From contig JBBRQR010000001.1 of the NCBI GenBank assembly GCA_038226115.1, forward strand, positions 1 to 38,885: DNA of 38,885 nt, read 5' to 3'. Of the stretch, positions 1-11,971 are shown piece after piece. This DNA comes from Sphingomonadales bacterium. Its GTDB lineage: Bacteria; Pseudomonadota; Alphaproteobacteria; Sphingomonadales; Sphingomonadaceae. The notes below the pieces were generated by a model. The model was not told the DNA's origin. It searched no databases and saw only the letters and a program-made list of their open reading frames with translations. Every line of letters begins with the position of its first letter. Position 1 is the first letter of the stretch. A program made the position numbers and the translations under genes.

Positions 1-161
1 ATCAGTTTGCCGCGCGGTGGTTGCGCGCTCAGCCAGACGAGATCGATCTTCGCCTTGAACCGGCCGTACGGCTCGACCGCCATCGTCGGGATGCCGGCGC
101 GCGACGCGACCTCGGCAATCGGCAACAGGTCGACGGTGCGGGCGATTTCGAGGTCGGTCAT
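1..161 (-). CDS. fhs: Formate--tetrahydrofolate ligase, 5' end (runs off window)
   Basis: Not in the ORF track. The reverse complement from the ATG at 161 reads MTDLEIARTVDLLPIAEVASRAGIPTMAVEPYGRFKAKIDLVWLSAQPPRGKLI, matching the Fhs N-terminus pattern (SDIEIA...PI.EVA...GI...EPYG..KAKI...GKLILVT). A GGAAAGGG RBS lies just upstream. Confidence 0.9.
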   Translation of the reverse strand, partial: MTDLEIARTVDLLPIAEVASRAGIPTMAVEPYGRFKAKIDLVWLSAQPPRGKL

Positions 162-287
162 GCCCTTTCCTATCGACGCGGATGACCGACCGCTAGGCCA
201 CCGGTCGCCCAGTCGCTTGGTGACAGACCAATGGCCGCGCATTAAGTTGGCGATTAGGCGCTCGTGCGGGCGGTGACGGGGGAAATA

Positions 288-686
288 ATGCCGGTGGCAC
301 GATGCGGGTGCGGGGCGCTGACGGCGACCGTTGCCGCGTATTCGTCGATCGTCGCGTTGTGCCATTGCACCGATTGTCAGCGCCGGACCGGATCGCCGTT
401 CGGCGTCGGCGGCTACTACCCGGCTGACGCGGTCGTCATCGCCGGCGACCACCGCGAATGGGCCCGCCCGACCGCAACCGGCGGCAAGCTGGTCAACCGT
501 TTTTGCCCGACGTGCGGGTCGACCGTGTTCTGGACAACGGGCAAACATCTTGGCCTGATCGGCATCGCCGCCGGATCATTCGCCGATCCCGCCTTCCCAC
601 CGCCGATCAGATCGGTATGGGAGGCGCACAAGGTTGCGTGGGTGCAAACCCCTGCGCCGCAACATTTTGATCTTGGAGCGTCGTGA
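288..686 (+). CDS. GFA (glutathione-dependent formaldehyde-activating enzyme / CENP-V) family protein
   Basis: Zn-binding motifs CGCG, CHCTDCQRRTGSPF and RFCPTCGS. ATG at 288 follows GGGGAA. Confidence 0.9.
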   Translation: MPVARCGCGALTATVAAYSSIVALCHCTDCQRRTGSPFGVGGYYPADAVVIAGDHREWARPTATGGKLVNRFCPTCGSTVFWTTGKHLGLIGIAAGSFADPAFPPPIRSVWEAHKVAWVQTPAPQHFDLGAS

Positions 687-1918
687 TGAAACTGGTTCTG
701 GCCGTCAGCGTCCTCCTCGCGAGTCCGGTGCTGGCGCGCGCGCCGAGCGTCCCTGCGGCCGACGCGCCACAGCTTGCCGCCCTCGGCACCAGCGCCGTCG
801 GGCTGAAATCGACGACCGCGACTGTGCCGGGGACGGCGCGCAGCCTCGCGGTCATGGTCTGGTATCCCGCCGCCGCCGGCGGCACCCCGACAACCTACCG
901 CCGCCACCTCGAACCCGTGACCGGCGCAGCGCTCGATATCACCACCGACGGCATCGCCGTCGCCGATGCGGCTCCGCTCGCCGGACGCTTCCCGCTCGTG
1001 GTGATCAGCCATGGCTTCGGCGGCTGGGCGGCGGGAATGACCTACCTCGCCGAAAACCTCGCGTCGAAGGGCTATGTCGTCGCCTCGATCGAACATGCCG
1101 ACGGCCAGGGCGGCGGCGGCGGAGCGGCGGGATTGGTTCGCGTCGCGGGGTCGATCATCAACCGCGCCCGTGATCAGCAGGCAGTGATCGCCGCGCTCAG
1201 CGCCCGCGCCGCCGAGCCGAAGGACGCGATCGGCAGCCATATCGACGCTGCCAATATCGCCGTCATCGGCTATTCGATGGGCGGTTTTGGCGCGGTCGCG
1301 ACGGCGGGGGCGCCGTACGACAAGGCGGCGCCGTCGCTTGCCCCGCTCGGCGGCCTGCTCGACGATCAGACCGTGCGGACGCCGGTTCCCGGACTGAAGG
1401 CGGTTGTCGCGATCGCGCCATGGGGCGGGCAGCCGCAGTATCGCGCGTGGACCGAGGCGGGTATGCGCGGGCTGGCCGTCCCCAGCCTGTTTATCGCCGG
1501 CGACCGCGACGACGTGTCGATCTACGCCGACGGCATCCACTGGCTCTACGACCATGCCGTCGCGTCGAACCGCTGGTTGCTGACCTACGCCCACGCCCGC
1601 CACAACGTCGGCGGCAACCCGCCGCCGCCCGAGACGCTGGCGCGCCCCGACCTCGCCGAAAACTTCGCCGAGCCGGTGTGGCGCAGCGATCGGATCAACG
1701 CGATCAATCAGCATTTCGTCACGGCGTTCCTCGACCGCTTCCTCAAACGCGACACCGCGCACGGCGCGTTCCTCGACGTGCCGACGGTTGATAGCGACGC
1801 GGCGACGTGGCCGGCGGCTGGGCCGGGCTTCGCGACGTCGGCGCAGGCGGGATACTGGCCCGGCTTTCAGAAGCGTTGGCTGCTCGGCCTCGAATTGCGG
1901 CATGATCCGGCGCGGTGA
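686..1918 (+). CDS. Secreted alpha/beta hydrolase (dienelactone hydrolase / PAF-acetylhydrolase-like)
   Basis: Signal peptide, VWYPA, PLVVISHGFGG, nucleophile elbow GYSMGG, GDRDDVS (Asp) and ARHN (His). The start overlaps the upstream stop (TGATG). Confidence 0.85.
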   Translation: MKLVLAVSVLLASPVLARAPSVPAADAPQLAALGTSAVGLKSTTATVPGTARSLAVMVWYPAAAGGTPTTYRRHLEPVTGAALDITTDGIAVADAAPLAGRFPLVVISHGFGGWAAGMTYLAENLASKGYVVASIEHADGQGGGGGAAGLVRVAGSIINRARDQQAVIAALSARAAEPKDAIGSHIDAANIAVIGYSMGGFGAVATAGAPYDKAAPSLAPLGGLLDDQTVRTPVPGLKAVVAIAPWGGQPQYRAWTEAGMRGLAVPSLFIAGDRDDVSIYADGIHWLYDHAVASNRWLLTYAHARHNVGGNPPPPETLARPDLAENFAEPVWRSDRINAINQHFVTAFLDRFLKRDTAHGAFLDVPTVDSDAATWPAAGPGFATSAQAGYWPGFQKRWLLGLELRHDPAR

Positions 1919-3054
1919 CGGCGACGCCGCGGCGGACGTTTCTCACGCTCGACGGATTGCGCGGGGTTGCGGCGATTGCAGTCGCGTTCCGCCACATCCC
2001 CGATAACGCCATCGCGCTGTGGACGCCTGAAAGCTATCTCGCGGTTGATCTGTTCTTCATGCTCAGCGGCTTCGTCCTCGCCCACGCCTATGCCGATCGG
2101 CTGGCGCGCGGAATGGGGGTCGCCGAATTCGCCGTCGTCCGACTGATCCGCCTCTATCCGTTGTACCTGATCGCCAGCCTGATTACGCTCGCGCTGGTCT
2201 TCGTCCCCGCGCTGCCCGGTCACTATCACTCGCCGATCCCATCGCTGCGGACAGTTATTCTCGCAGTGCTGTTCGTGCCGACCATCGCGCCGCATGAGAA
2301 GATCGGGCTGTTCCCGCTGATCGGTCCGGCGTGGTCGCTGTTCTTCGAATTCGCCGTTAACCTCGTCTTCGCGGTGCTGGCGACACGGCTTAACCCGCGT
2401 CGCCTCGCGCTCATCGTGGCGGGCGGGGCGGCGCTGCTGATCGTCGCCGTCGCCCATTTCAACGCAATCGACATCGGGTGGAGTCAGGACAACGCGTGGG
2501 GCGGCTTCGGGCGCGTCGGTTTCGGCTTTTTCGCCGGAGTCGCGGTCTATCGCCTGTGGCAGGCCGACGCACTGCCATGGCTGCGGCTCCCGGCATGGGC
2601 TGCGGCGCTCGCCGTCATCGCAATGTTCATGCTCGCGCCGGTCCGGCACCTGGCCTTATCCGATACGCTCTTCGTCTTGCTCGTCATGCCGCCGCTGATC
2701 CTCGCCAGCGCGCGGGCCGAGCCGGGGCGATGGCTGGCGCGACCGTTCGCGCTGCTCGGCGCGGCGTCGTATGCGATCTACGTTCTGACCAACCCGGTCG
2801 ATCAATGGGTTGAAACACTGCTGCCATGGGAACAAGTGAACCGCTACGCCGGCCTTGGCTCAACCGGGGCGGTTGTGCTCGTCGCCGCGATTGCCGGGCT
2901 CGCCTTGATCCTCGACCGCGTGGTCGATCGTCCGGTCCGCTCGGCACTCGGTCGCGCATGGCGGCAACGCGCGGGGTCAGCGGCAGCTAACCCCGCCACG
3001 ATCGATTGCGCGCCCGCCAATCCCGCCACCAAGCGCGCCGAGAACCGCGCCTAG
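1915..3054 (+). CDS. Acyltransferase family 3 (OafA/YrhL-like) membrane protein
   Basis: Motifs LDGLRGVAA, YLAVDLFFMLSGFVL, RLIRLYP, WSLFFE and LGAASYAIY, with multiple hydrophobic segments. GTGA overlap with the upstream gene. Confidence 0.9.
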   Translation: MTATPRRTFLTLDGLRGVAAIAVAFRHIPDNAIALWTPESYLAVDLFFMLSGFVLAHAYADRLARGMGVAEFAVVRLIRLYPLYLIASLITLALVFVPALPGHYHSPIPSLRTVILAVLFVPTIAPHEKIGLFPLIGPAWSLFFEFAVNLVFAVLATRLNPRRLALIVAGGAALLIVAVAHFNAIDIGWSQDNAWGGFGRVGFGFFAGVAVYRLWQADALPWLRLPAWAAALAVIAMFMLAPVRHLALSDTLFVLLVMPPLILASARAEPGRWLARPFALLGAASYAIYVLTNPVDQWVETLLPWEQVNRYAGLGSTGAVVLVAAIAGLALILDRVVDRPVRSALGRAWRQRAGSAAANPATIDCAPANPATKRAENRA

Positions 3055-3510
3055 GGTCTTCGACCCGCGCGGCGCAATCGCATTGCCAAGCACCCCGCCG
3101 CCGAGCGCGCCGATAAGGAGCCCGGTCGTGCCGTCATTGCGGCGGCAATAATAGCGGCCATCGCCGCCACGATAAATGCGGTCGTTCTGGCTCAGCCGTT
3201 GCTCCGGGTAACTACCCTGACGGTAATATCGTTCGGGCGCATAGTTGCCGTAGCGCGGGTCGGGACGATTATAATCATAGGCCGCGTAGCCGCTGCGATC
3301 GATGATGCGCTGGTCGGCGTACCGACGGTCGTCGTGCTTGTACCAACCTTTGTGCTTGCCGTTATCGTGGTGGTCGCCGTCGCCCTTGTCGCCGCGATCA
3401 CCGCGTTCTCCCTCGTCACCGTGATTGCCGTGACCATGGCCCGGATCGGCGAGCGCAGGTGAACCCGTCACTAGCCCAAGCGCAACCGCTGCTAAAATAA
3501 TCGAACGCAT
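2977..3510 (-). CDS. Secreted glycine-zipper 2TM protein (17-kDa surface antigen-like)
   Basis: Signal peptide MRSIILAAVALGLVTGSPALA, a His/Gly/Asp-rich linker, YYCRRNDGTTGLLIGALGGGVLG...LGAVLGALGGGIGGRAIDRG and a terminal Cys. GGAG RBS precedes ATG 3510. Confidence 0.85.
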   Translation of the reverse strand: MRSIILAAVALGLVTGSPALADPGHGHGNHGDEGERGDRGDKGDGDHHDNGKHKGWYKHDDRRYADQRIIDRSGYAAYDYNRPDPRYGNYAPERYYRQGSYPEQRLSQNDRIYRGGDGRYYCRRNDGTTGLLIGALGGGVLGNAIAPRGSKTLGAVLGALGGGIGGRAIDRGGVSCR

Positions 3511-3640
3511 GATGATCTCCAATTGTAACGGCGGTTAAACGAGCCGTGCGCGACAATGGGTGCAAACGCAGTGTGCGGCGGGACTACCACAGCGGCGCAA
3601 CAGCGCTTAGATAGGGGCGACGAACCTGACAGGGACCAAC

Positions 3641-4837
3641 ATGGCCAGCGAAGCACCGATTGTCCTCACGCCGCCAACGGCGGTCGCGCCGATTGCCCCG
3701 GCAAAGGCGGCGGGCCTCGTTCCCGTCAGCGACAAGGCGGCGAGCGAGCTTGAGGCGCGCGCGACGACGTTTGTCACCGATCTTGTCGCGCTTGACGCCG
3801 CCAGCCCCGAATTCGGGCGTAAGGTCGACGAACTGACTGCGCTCGGCGCGAAGCAGATCGCCGATGCGGCGGGTCAGACCAACCGCTTCCTTGATCGCCC
3901 GGTCCGCGCGATGGACAAGGACAGCGGTATCGGTTCCGACCTGACCGCGCTGCGCCAGACGGTCGAGGACCTCGACCCGTCGAAGCGCGGCAAGCTGACC
4001 AGCCGCAAGAAGATTTTCGGTCTGATCCCGTTCGGTGGCGACAAGCTCCGCGACTATTTCGACAGCTACAAGTCGGCGCAGAGCCACATTTCGACGATCC
4101 TCGAGCGGCTGAAGGACGGCAAGGATGAATTGCTGACCGACAATGCCGCCGTCGATGTCGAGCGCGCAAACCTGTGGGACAAGATGGGCAAGCTTGAGCA
4201 GATGGTGCTCGTATCGAAGACGCTCGACGCCAAACTCGAGGATAAGGCGAACGAGCTCGACTATACCGATCCTGCGAAGGCGAAGGCGATCCGCGAAAGC
4301 GCCTTGTTCTACGTTCGCCAGCGGACGACCGACCTGCTCACCCAGATGGCGGTCAGCGTGCAGGGCTATCTCGCGCTCGACCTCGTCAAGAAGAACAATG
4401 TCGAACTTATCAAAGGCGTCGACCGCGCGTCGACGACGACCGTCGCCGCGCTACGCACCGCTGTCACCGTCGCGCAGGCGCTGACCGCGCAGAAATTGGT
4501 GCTCGAACAGATTACCGCGCTTAACACGACGACGGCCAAAATGATCGACGGGACCGGCGAACTCCTCCGTACCCAGACCGGCGTCATCCACCAGCAGGCG
4601 GCGAGTTCGACGATTCCGATCGAGACGCTCCAGCGCGCGTTCCAGAACATCTACGCAACGATGGACGCGATCGACACGTTCAAGGTCCAAGCGCTCGCCA
4701 GCATGAAGACGACAGTCGACACGCTCGGGACCGAGGTCGAGAAATCGCGCGGCTACATCGCCCGCTCGGCGGGGCAGGCGCAGTTGAAGGCCCCGTCGCC
4801 GGTCGCCGCGATCAGCTCATCGTTCGCCCCCGTCTGA
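3641..4837 (+). CDS. telA: Toxic anion (tellurite) resistance protein, TelA family
   Basis: LRQTVEDLDPS...KKIFGLIPFG...YFDSYKSAQSHI and NNVELIKGVDRASTTTVAALRTAVTVAQAL are typical TelA segments. Confidence 0.88.
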   Translation: MASEAPIVLTPPTAVAPIAPAKAAGLVPVSDKAASELEARATTFVTDLVALDAASPEFGRKVDELTALGAKQIADAAGQTNRFLDRPVRAMDKDSGIGSDLTALRQTVEDLDPSKRGKLTSRKKIFGLIPFGGDKLRDYFDSYKSAQSHISTILERLKDGKDELLTDNAAVDVERANLWDKMGKLEQMVLVSKTLDAKLEDKANELDYTDPAKAKAIRESALFYVRQRTTDLLTQMAVSVQGYLALDLVKKNNVELIKGVDRASTTTVAALRTAVTVAQALTAQKLVLEQITALNTTTAKMIDGTGELLRTQTGVIHQQAASSTIPIETLQRAFQNIYATMDAIDTFKVQALASMKTTVDTLGTEVEKSRGYIARSAGQAQLKAPSPVAAISSSFAPV

Positions 4838-5595
4838 TGGCGCGCGCGCGCGACCCCGAGGAGATGCTGGCGCGCGCGAGCGACGTGCTCGACCGCTGGC
4901 CGCTGACCGCGCCGCTGGCGCAGGGGCTGCGCGAAGGGCGAGCGGGGCGCGATGCCGTGCGTCGCCGTGCCGAACGCAAGGCGCGTCGCATCGGCCAGAA
5001 AGCGCTGCGGATGGCGCTTATGGTCGTCGCGGTCATTTTTGCGACGATCTTCTACGGCGTCGCGATCGGCCCGATCGGAGTCGGCTCGCTGATGCTGATC
5101 GTGCTCGCCACGATGTGCGCGATGGTCGCGCTGGCGACGTTTCCGCGCGATACCGCGCCCGAGCCGATGAAGCTCGCGACGGCGCGGCCCGACGTTCTTC
5201 CGGCGCAGGTCGACCAGTGGCTTGACGCCAAGCGCCGCGCACTTCCCGCGCTCGCGGCACCGAAGGTCGACGCGATCTCGGCGCAGCTTGCCGCGCTTGC
5301 ACCGCAGATGGCGAAGGTTCCGGCGGGCGACCCGACCGCGCTCGAACTCAACCGCCTGCTCGGCAAGCACCTGCCCGAACTCGTCGACCGCTATGAAAAT
5401 GTCGCTCCGGCGCAGCGCAAAGTCGCGTCGACCCCCGGCGGCCCAACGATCGAGCGCCAGCTCGTCGACGGCCTCGGCCTGATCGAGGCCGAACTTGTCC
5501 GCGTCAACGACGACCTCGGACGCCAGGACCGCGATGCGTTCGCCGTCCAGGGCAAGTTTCTCGAAAACCGCTACGGTAAGGACGGGACATTATGA
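4837..5595 (+). CDS. Hypothetical membrane protein coupled to telA (possibly XpaC-like partner)
   Basis: Two N-terminal TM helices and a helical C-terminus (HLPELVDRY, FLENRY). Start overlaps the telA stop. The family assignment is inference. Confidence 0.7.
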   Translation: MARARDPEEMLARASDVLDRWPLTAPLAQGLREGRAGRDAVRRRAERKARRIGQKALRMALMVVAVIFATIFYGVAIGPIGVGSLMLIVLATMCAMVALATFPRDTAPEPMKLATARPDVLPAQVDQWLDAKRRALPALAAPKVDAISAQLAALAPQMAKVPAGDPTALELNRLLGKHLPELVDRYENVAPAQRKVASTPGGPTIERQLVDGLGLIEAELVRVNDDLGRQDRDAFAVQGKFLENRYGKDGTL

Positions 5596-5599
5596 CTTT

Positions 5600-5721
5600 C
5601 CCCTCCCCTTCAGGGGAGGGGCGAGAGACGGCGCAGTCGGTCCGGGGGTGGGGCTGCGCGCGCTGCGCACTCGGGTGCGCCCTCGCTCCCCACCCCCGGG
5701 CCCTCCCTTGAAGCTGAGGGG
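5600..5721. repeat. Palindromic REP/RIME-like intergenic element
   Basis: Hairpin CCCCTCCCCT-TC-AGGGGAGGGG (5600-5621), inverted pair CCGGGGGTGGGG (5642-5653) / CCCCACCCCCGG (5688-5699), and a degenerate terminal hairpin CCCTC...GAGGG (5701-5720). Confidence 0.7.
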
Positions 5722-5725
5722 TGCC

Positions 5726-6895
5726 ATGTTCGACGTTATCGTCCTCGGTGCCGGTGCAGCGGGCATGATGGCCGCCGCCACTGCGGGCGCGCGCGGGCGG
5801 CGGGTGCTGCTGCTCGACCACGCCGATGCGCCGGGGAAGAAGATCCTGATTTCGGGCGGCGGGCGGTGCAATTTTACCAACCTCGGTGCCGCTCCCGAAC
5901 GCTTCCTGTCGGCGAACCCGCATTTCGCGCGCTCGGCGCTTGGACGCTATATGCCCGCCGACTTCGTTGCGCTCGTCGAGAAACACGGCATCGCCTATCA
6001 CGAAAAGACTCTCGGCCAGTTGTTCTGCGACGGCAGCGCGCGGCAGATCGTGGCACTGCTGGTCGACGAGTGCGATGCGGCGGGCGTCGACGCACGCTAC
6101 AGTCACTGCATCACCGAAGTCGCCCATGATGGCACCGGCTTCCGCGTCGTCACCGACCACGGTGACTTCTCGGCCCCCGCGCTAATCCTCGCCACCGGCG
6201 GTCCGGCGATCCCCAAGCTCGGCGCAACCGGCTTCGCCTATGACATCGCCCGCCAGTTCAGCTTGGCGGTCGAGCCGCCGCGCCCCGGCCTCGTGCCACT
6301 GACCTTCGCCGCCGACCTCCTCGACCTGTGCCGTGCCTTGAGCGGCGTCGCGGTCGATGCCGTCGTGCGGGCGGGCGCGACCGCCTTCCGCGAAGCTCTG
6401 CTGTTCACCCATCGCGGCCTGTCGGGGCCAGCGGTGTTGCAGGCGTCGTCGTATTGGGGCGGCGGGCCAATCACCCTCGACCTCGCGCCGGGAACCGATG
6501 TTCCCGCCTTCCTCCGCGACCGCCGACGGAGCCGACCCAAAGCCGAAGGCGCGACGATCCTCGCCGAGATCCTGCCCGCCCGCCTCGCCGCCGCGCTCGG
6601 TCCGCGCCTTGGTCTGGGCGGGACGCTCGCCAACCTCCCCGACCGCGCGCTCGACACGGCGGCGGCGGGCATCGCCGCTTGGGGCGTCACTCCCGTCGGC
6701 ACCGAGGGCTTTGCCAAGGCCGAAGTCACCGCCGGCGGCATCGCCACCGACGGCCTGTCGTCGAAAACGATGGGCGCAAAGACCGTCCCCGGCCTGTTCG
6801 CCATCGGTGAGGCAGTCGACGTGACCGGCTGGCTCGGCGGCTACAACTTCCAATGGGCGTGGGCGAGCGGGGCGGCGGCGGGGAACGCGGTTTAA
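5726..6895 (+). CDS. BaiN/HI0933/YhiN family NAD(P)/FAD-dependent oxidoreductase
   Basis: VIVLGAGAAGMMAA, GKKILISGGGRCNFTN, LFTHRGLSGPAVL, AEVTAGG and GEAVDVTGWLGGYNFQWAWASG. The true start is ATG 5726 rather than the ORF-track start at 5495. Confidence 0.93.
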   Translation: MFDVIVLGAGAAGMMAAATAGARGRRVLLLDHADAPGKKILISGGGRCNFTNLGAAPERFLSANPHFARSALGRYMPADFVALVEKHGIAYHEKTLGQLFCDGSARQIVALLVDECDAAGVDARYSHCITEVAHDGTGFRVVTDHGDFSAPALILATGGPAIPKLGATGFAYDIARQFSLAVEPPRPGLVPLTFAADLLDLCRALSGVAVDAVVRAGATAFREALLFTHRGLSGPAVLQASSYWGGGPITLDLAPGTDVPAFLRDRRRSRPKAEGATILAEILPARLAAALGPRLGLGGTLANLPDRALDTAAAGIAAWGVTPVGTEGFAKAEVTAGGIATDGLSSKTMGAKTVPGLFAIGEAVDVTGWLGGYNFQWAWASGAAAGNAV

Positions 6896-6899
6896 GGTT

Positions 6900-6920
6900 C
6901 CTCTCCCCAAGGGGGAGAGG
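6900..6920. repeat. Short palindrome (REP-like remnant or terminator-like hairpin)
   Basis: CCTCTCCCC-AAG-GGGGAGAGG, similar to the 5600-5621 hairpin. Confidence 0.55.
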
Positions 6921-6955
6921 GGATGATAGACCTCGCTTCGGGGAGACGATCGCAC

Positions 6956-9055
6956 ATGAAATTCTGGCAGAAGTCCGCGCTCGGCGTCGTCGGGGTCATC
7001 GTCCTGATCGCCATTGGGCTGATGGTGTGGGAACCCCTTGCCGACCCCAGTCCCGTCGCCGATTCGGCCACCGCCCATAGCGCGCGCATCCGCCGCGATA
7101 ATTTCGGCGTGCCGCACATCGACGGGTCGACTGACGCCGACGTTGCCTATGGCCTCGCCTATGCCGAAGCCGAGGATGACTTTGCCACGATCGAGGAGCT
7201 TCTCGCGGCGATACGCGGGCGTTCGGCGGCAATCAGCGGGGCCGATGGTGCGAAGATCGACTATATCGGCGCGCTTATCGACGCGCAGGGGCAGGCGGCG
7301 CGCGGCTACGCGACGCTGTCGCCCGCGACCCGCGCGCTCGTCGAGGCCTATGCCAGCGGCCTCAACCATTATGCCGACACCCATTCGTCGGAGGTCCGGC
7401 TGTCGCGGCTGTTCCCCGTTACCGGGCGCGATGTCGTTGCCGGGTTCGCGCTCCGCTCGCCGTTCTTCTTCGGCCTCGACCGGACGCTCGGCGCGCTCGC
7501 CGCCGACAAACTGCCGCCGCGCGACGGGTCGCCCGCCGACGAGCGCGGGTCGAATGCCTTTGCCATTGCGGGCAAGCGGTCCACCGATGGCGTCACCCGG
7601 CTGGTCTCGAATTCGCACCAGCCGTGGACCGGCGGGGTCGCGTGGTACGAGGTCGTCCTTCATTCGGGCCAAGGCTGGCATTTCGCCGGGGCACTGTTCC
7701 CCGGCGCGCCGTTCGGACTGGTCGGGCATAACGACACGCTCGGCTGGACCAATACCGTCAACCGTGGCGACTTGATCGACACCTACCGCTTGGTCCTCGA
7801 CGGCGACAGCACGCATTACCGCTACGACGGCCAGTGGTTGCCGCTCGAGACGCACCGCGTCTGGCTCCACGTCCGGTTCGGGCCATTCGTGATCCCGGTC
7901 CCCAAGACGATCGCCCGGTCGCGACAGGGGCCGGTCGTTGTGAACAAGCTCGGCAGCTTCGCCGTCCGCTATGCCGGGTTCGGCGATGTTCGGCAGGTCG
8001 AACAATATTACCGGCTCAACAAAGCGAACACTCTCGCCGAATGGAGGAGCGCGATGGCGATGCAGGCGGTCCCGGCGACGAACTTCGTCTATGCCGACGC
8101 CGCCGGGCACATCGCGTATATCTACAACGAACGCTTTCCCCACCGCGCGCCCGCGTTCGACTGGCGTGGAGTTTTGCCCGGTGACACGAGCAAAGCAGTG
8201 TGGACGAGCTATGAGCCGGTCACTGCCGACCCGACCTATGTCGACCCGGCGAGCGGGTGGCTGGCGAACTCGAACAACACGCCGTTCGTCGCGACCGGCG
8301 CGGGCGATAATCTCGACCCGAGTGCTTTCTCGCCGCTGCTTGGTATCGAGACGTACATGACCAACCGCGCCTATCGCTTTCGCGACCGCTTTGCCGCGCT
8401 CGGGACGGCGAAGATTAGCCGCGCCGATCTGATGGCGATCAAGTTCGACAAGGCCTATTCGCGCGAAGGCTGGGCCGGGGTGTGGCTCGCGCGGGTGCTT
8501 GCCGTCGATCCGAAGGGCGACAAGGACGTTGCGGCGGCGCAGGCGTTGCTCAAGACATGGGGCTGGACGCTCGACGGGACCAACCGCGCCGACGCGCTGG
8601 CGATGTTTGTCCTGTCATCGGCGGCGGGTCAGGGGTATCGCGGCGACCCGCTGCCCGATGCGGCAGTCAGGTTGAAGGCCGACGTCGCCTTCCTGCTGAC
8701 CCACGCCCACCGCCTCGACCCACCGCTGACCGACGTCCTGCGGATCGTTCGCGGAACGACCGACGTGCCGGTCACCGGCGGCCCCGACGCGCTGCGCGCG
8801 ATTTATACCCACGAGGATGACGCGACCGGCAAGCGCGTGGGCTATAACGGCGACAGCTATGTCATGGTCGTCGAATGGGGCGCGGACGGGAAAGTGCACT
8901 CCGAGTCGATCCAGCCCTACGGTGCCGCGATCGAGCGACCGGCATCGCGCCACTATAGCGACCAGGCCGCGCTCTTTGCCGCTGAGAAGTTCAAGCCGGT
9001 GTACTTCGACGACGCCGCCCTCGCGGGTCATATTGAACGCGACTATCGACCGTAA
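6956..9055 (+). CDS. Penicillin acylase family Ntn-hydrolase (peptidase S45; AHL/cephalosporin acylase-like)
   Basis: IRRDNFGVPHI, YGLAYAEAED, the autocleavage site ERG|SNAFAI, NSHQPW, WYE, LGWTNTVN, NFVYAD, NSNN and HYSDQA. N-terminal TM/signal segment. GGGAG RBS precedes ATG 6956. Confidence 0.92.
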   Translation: MKFWQKSALGVVGVIVLIAIGLMVWEPLADPSPVADSATAHSARIRRDNFGVPHIDGSTDADVAYGLAYAEAEDDFATIEELLAAIRGRSAAISGADGAKIDYIGALIDAQGQAARGYATLSPATRALVEAYASGLNHYADTHSSEVRLSRLFPVTGRDVVAGFALRSPFFFGLDRTLGALAADKLPPRDGSPADERGSNAFAIAGKRSTDGVTRLVSNSHQPWTGGVAWYEVVLHSGQGWHFAGALFPGAPFGLVGHNDTLGWTNTVNRGDLIDTYRLVLDGDSTHYRYDGQWLPLETHRVWLHVRFGPFVIPVPKTIARSRQGPVVVNKLGSFAVRYAGFGDVRQVEQYYRLNKANTLAEWRSAMAMQAVPATNFVYADAAGHIAYIYNERFPHRAPAFDWRGVLPGDTSKAVWTSYEPVTADPTYVDPASGWLANSNNTPFVATGAGDNLDPSAFSPLLGIETYMTNRAYRFRDRFAALGTAKISRADLMAIKFDKAYSREGWAGVWLARVLAVDPKGDKDVAAAQALLKTWGWTLDGTNRADALAMFVLSSAAGQGYRGDPLPDAAVRLKADVAFLLTHAHRLDPPLTDVLRIVRGTTDVPVTGGPDALRAIYTHEDDATGKRVGYNGDSYVMVVEWGADGKVHSESIQPYGAAIERPASRHYSDQAALFAAEKFKPVYFDDAALAGHIERDYRP

Positions 9056-9088
9056 AGTGGTTTGGGGGGTATCTCCCTAAAATCAGCT

Positions 9089-11918
<2,830 letters not shown>

Positions 11919-11930
11919 GTTCGTTTCAGG

Positions 11931-11963
11931 GACGCGAGACACGCCCGGTGCGTGCCTCGCGTC
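11931..11963. terminator. Hairpin between convergent katG and multiheme operon, possible bidirectional terminator
   Basis: GACGCGAG-A-CACGC-ccggt-GCGTG-C-CTCGCGTC stem. The T-tract is weak (GTGTTT). Confidence 0.55.
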
Positions 11964-11971
11964 GTGTTTGA

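Noticed and set aside
162-287. Possible ZMP/ZTP riboswitch upstream of fhs (minus strand GCGACTGGGCG...GGTGG)
   Set aside because: Only a partial resemblance. The downstream CCAC...GGGAG and CGCCTGGG elements are absent, and a covariance-model search would be needed.
5495-5725. N-terminal extension of the BaiN-like protein
   Set aside because: It overlaps the upstream gene and translates the palindromic element. The family motif starts at ATG 5726.
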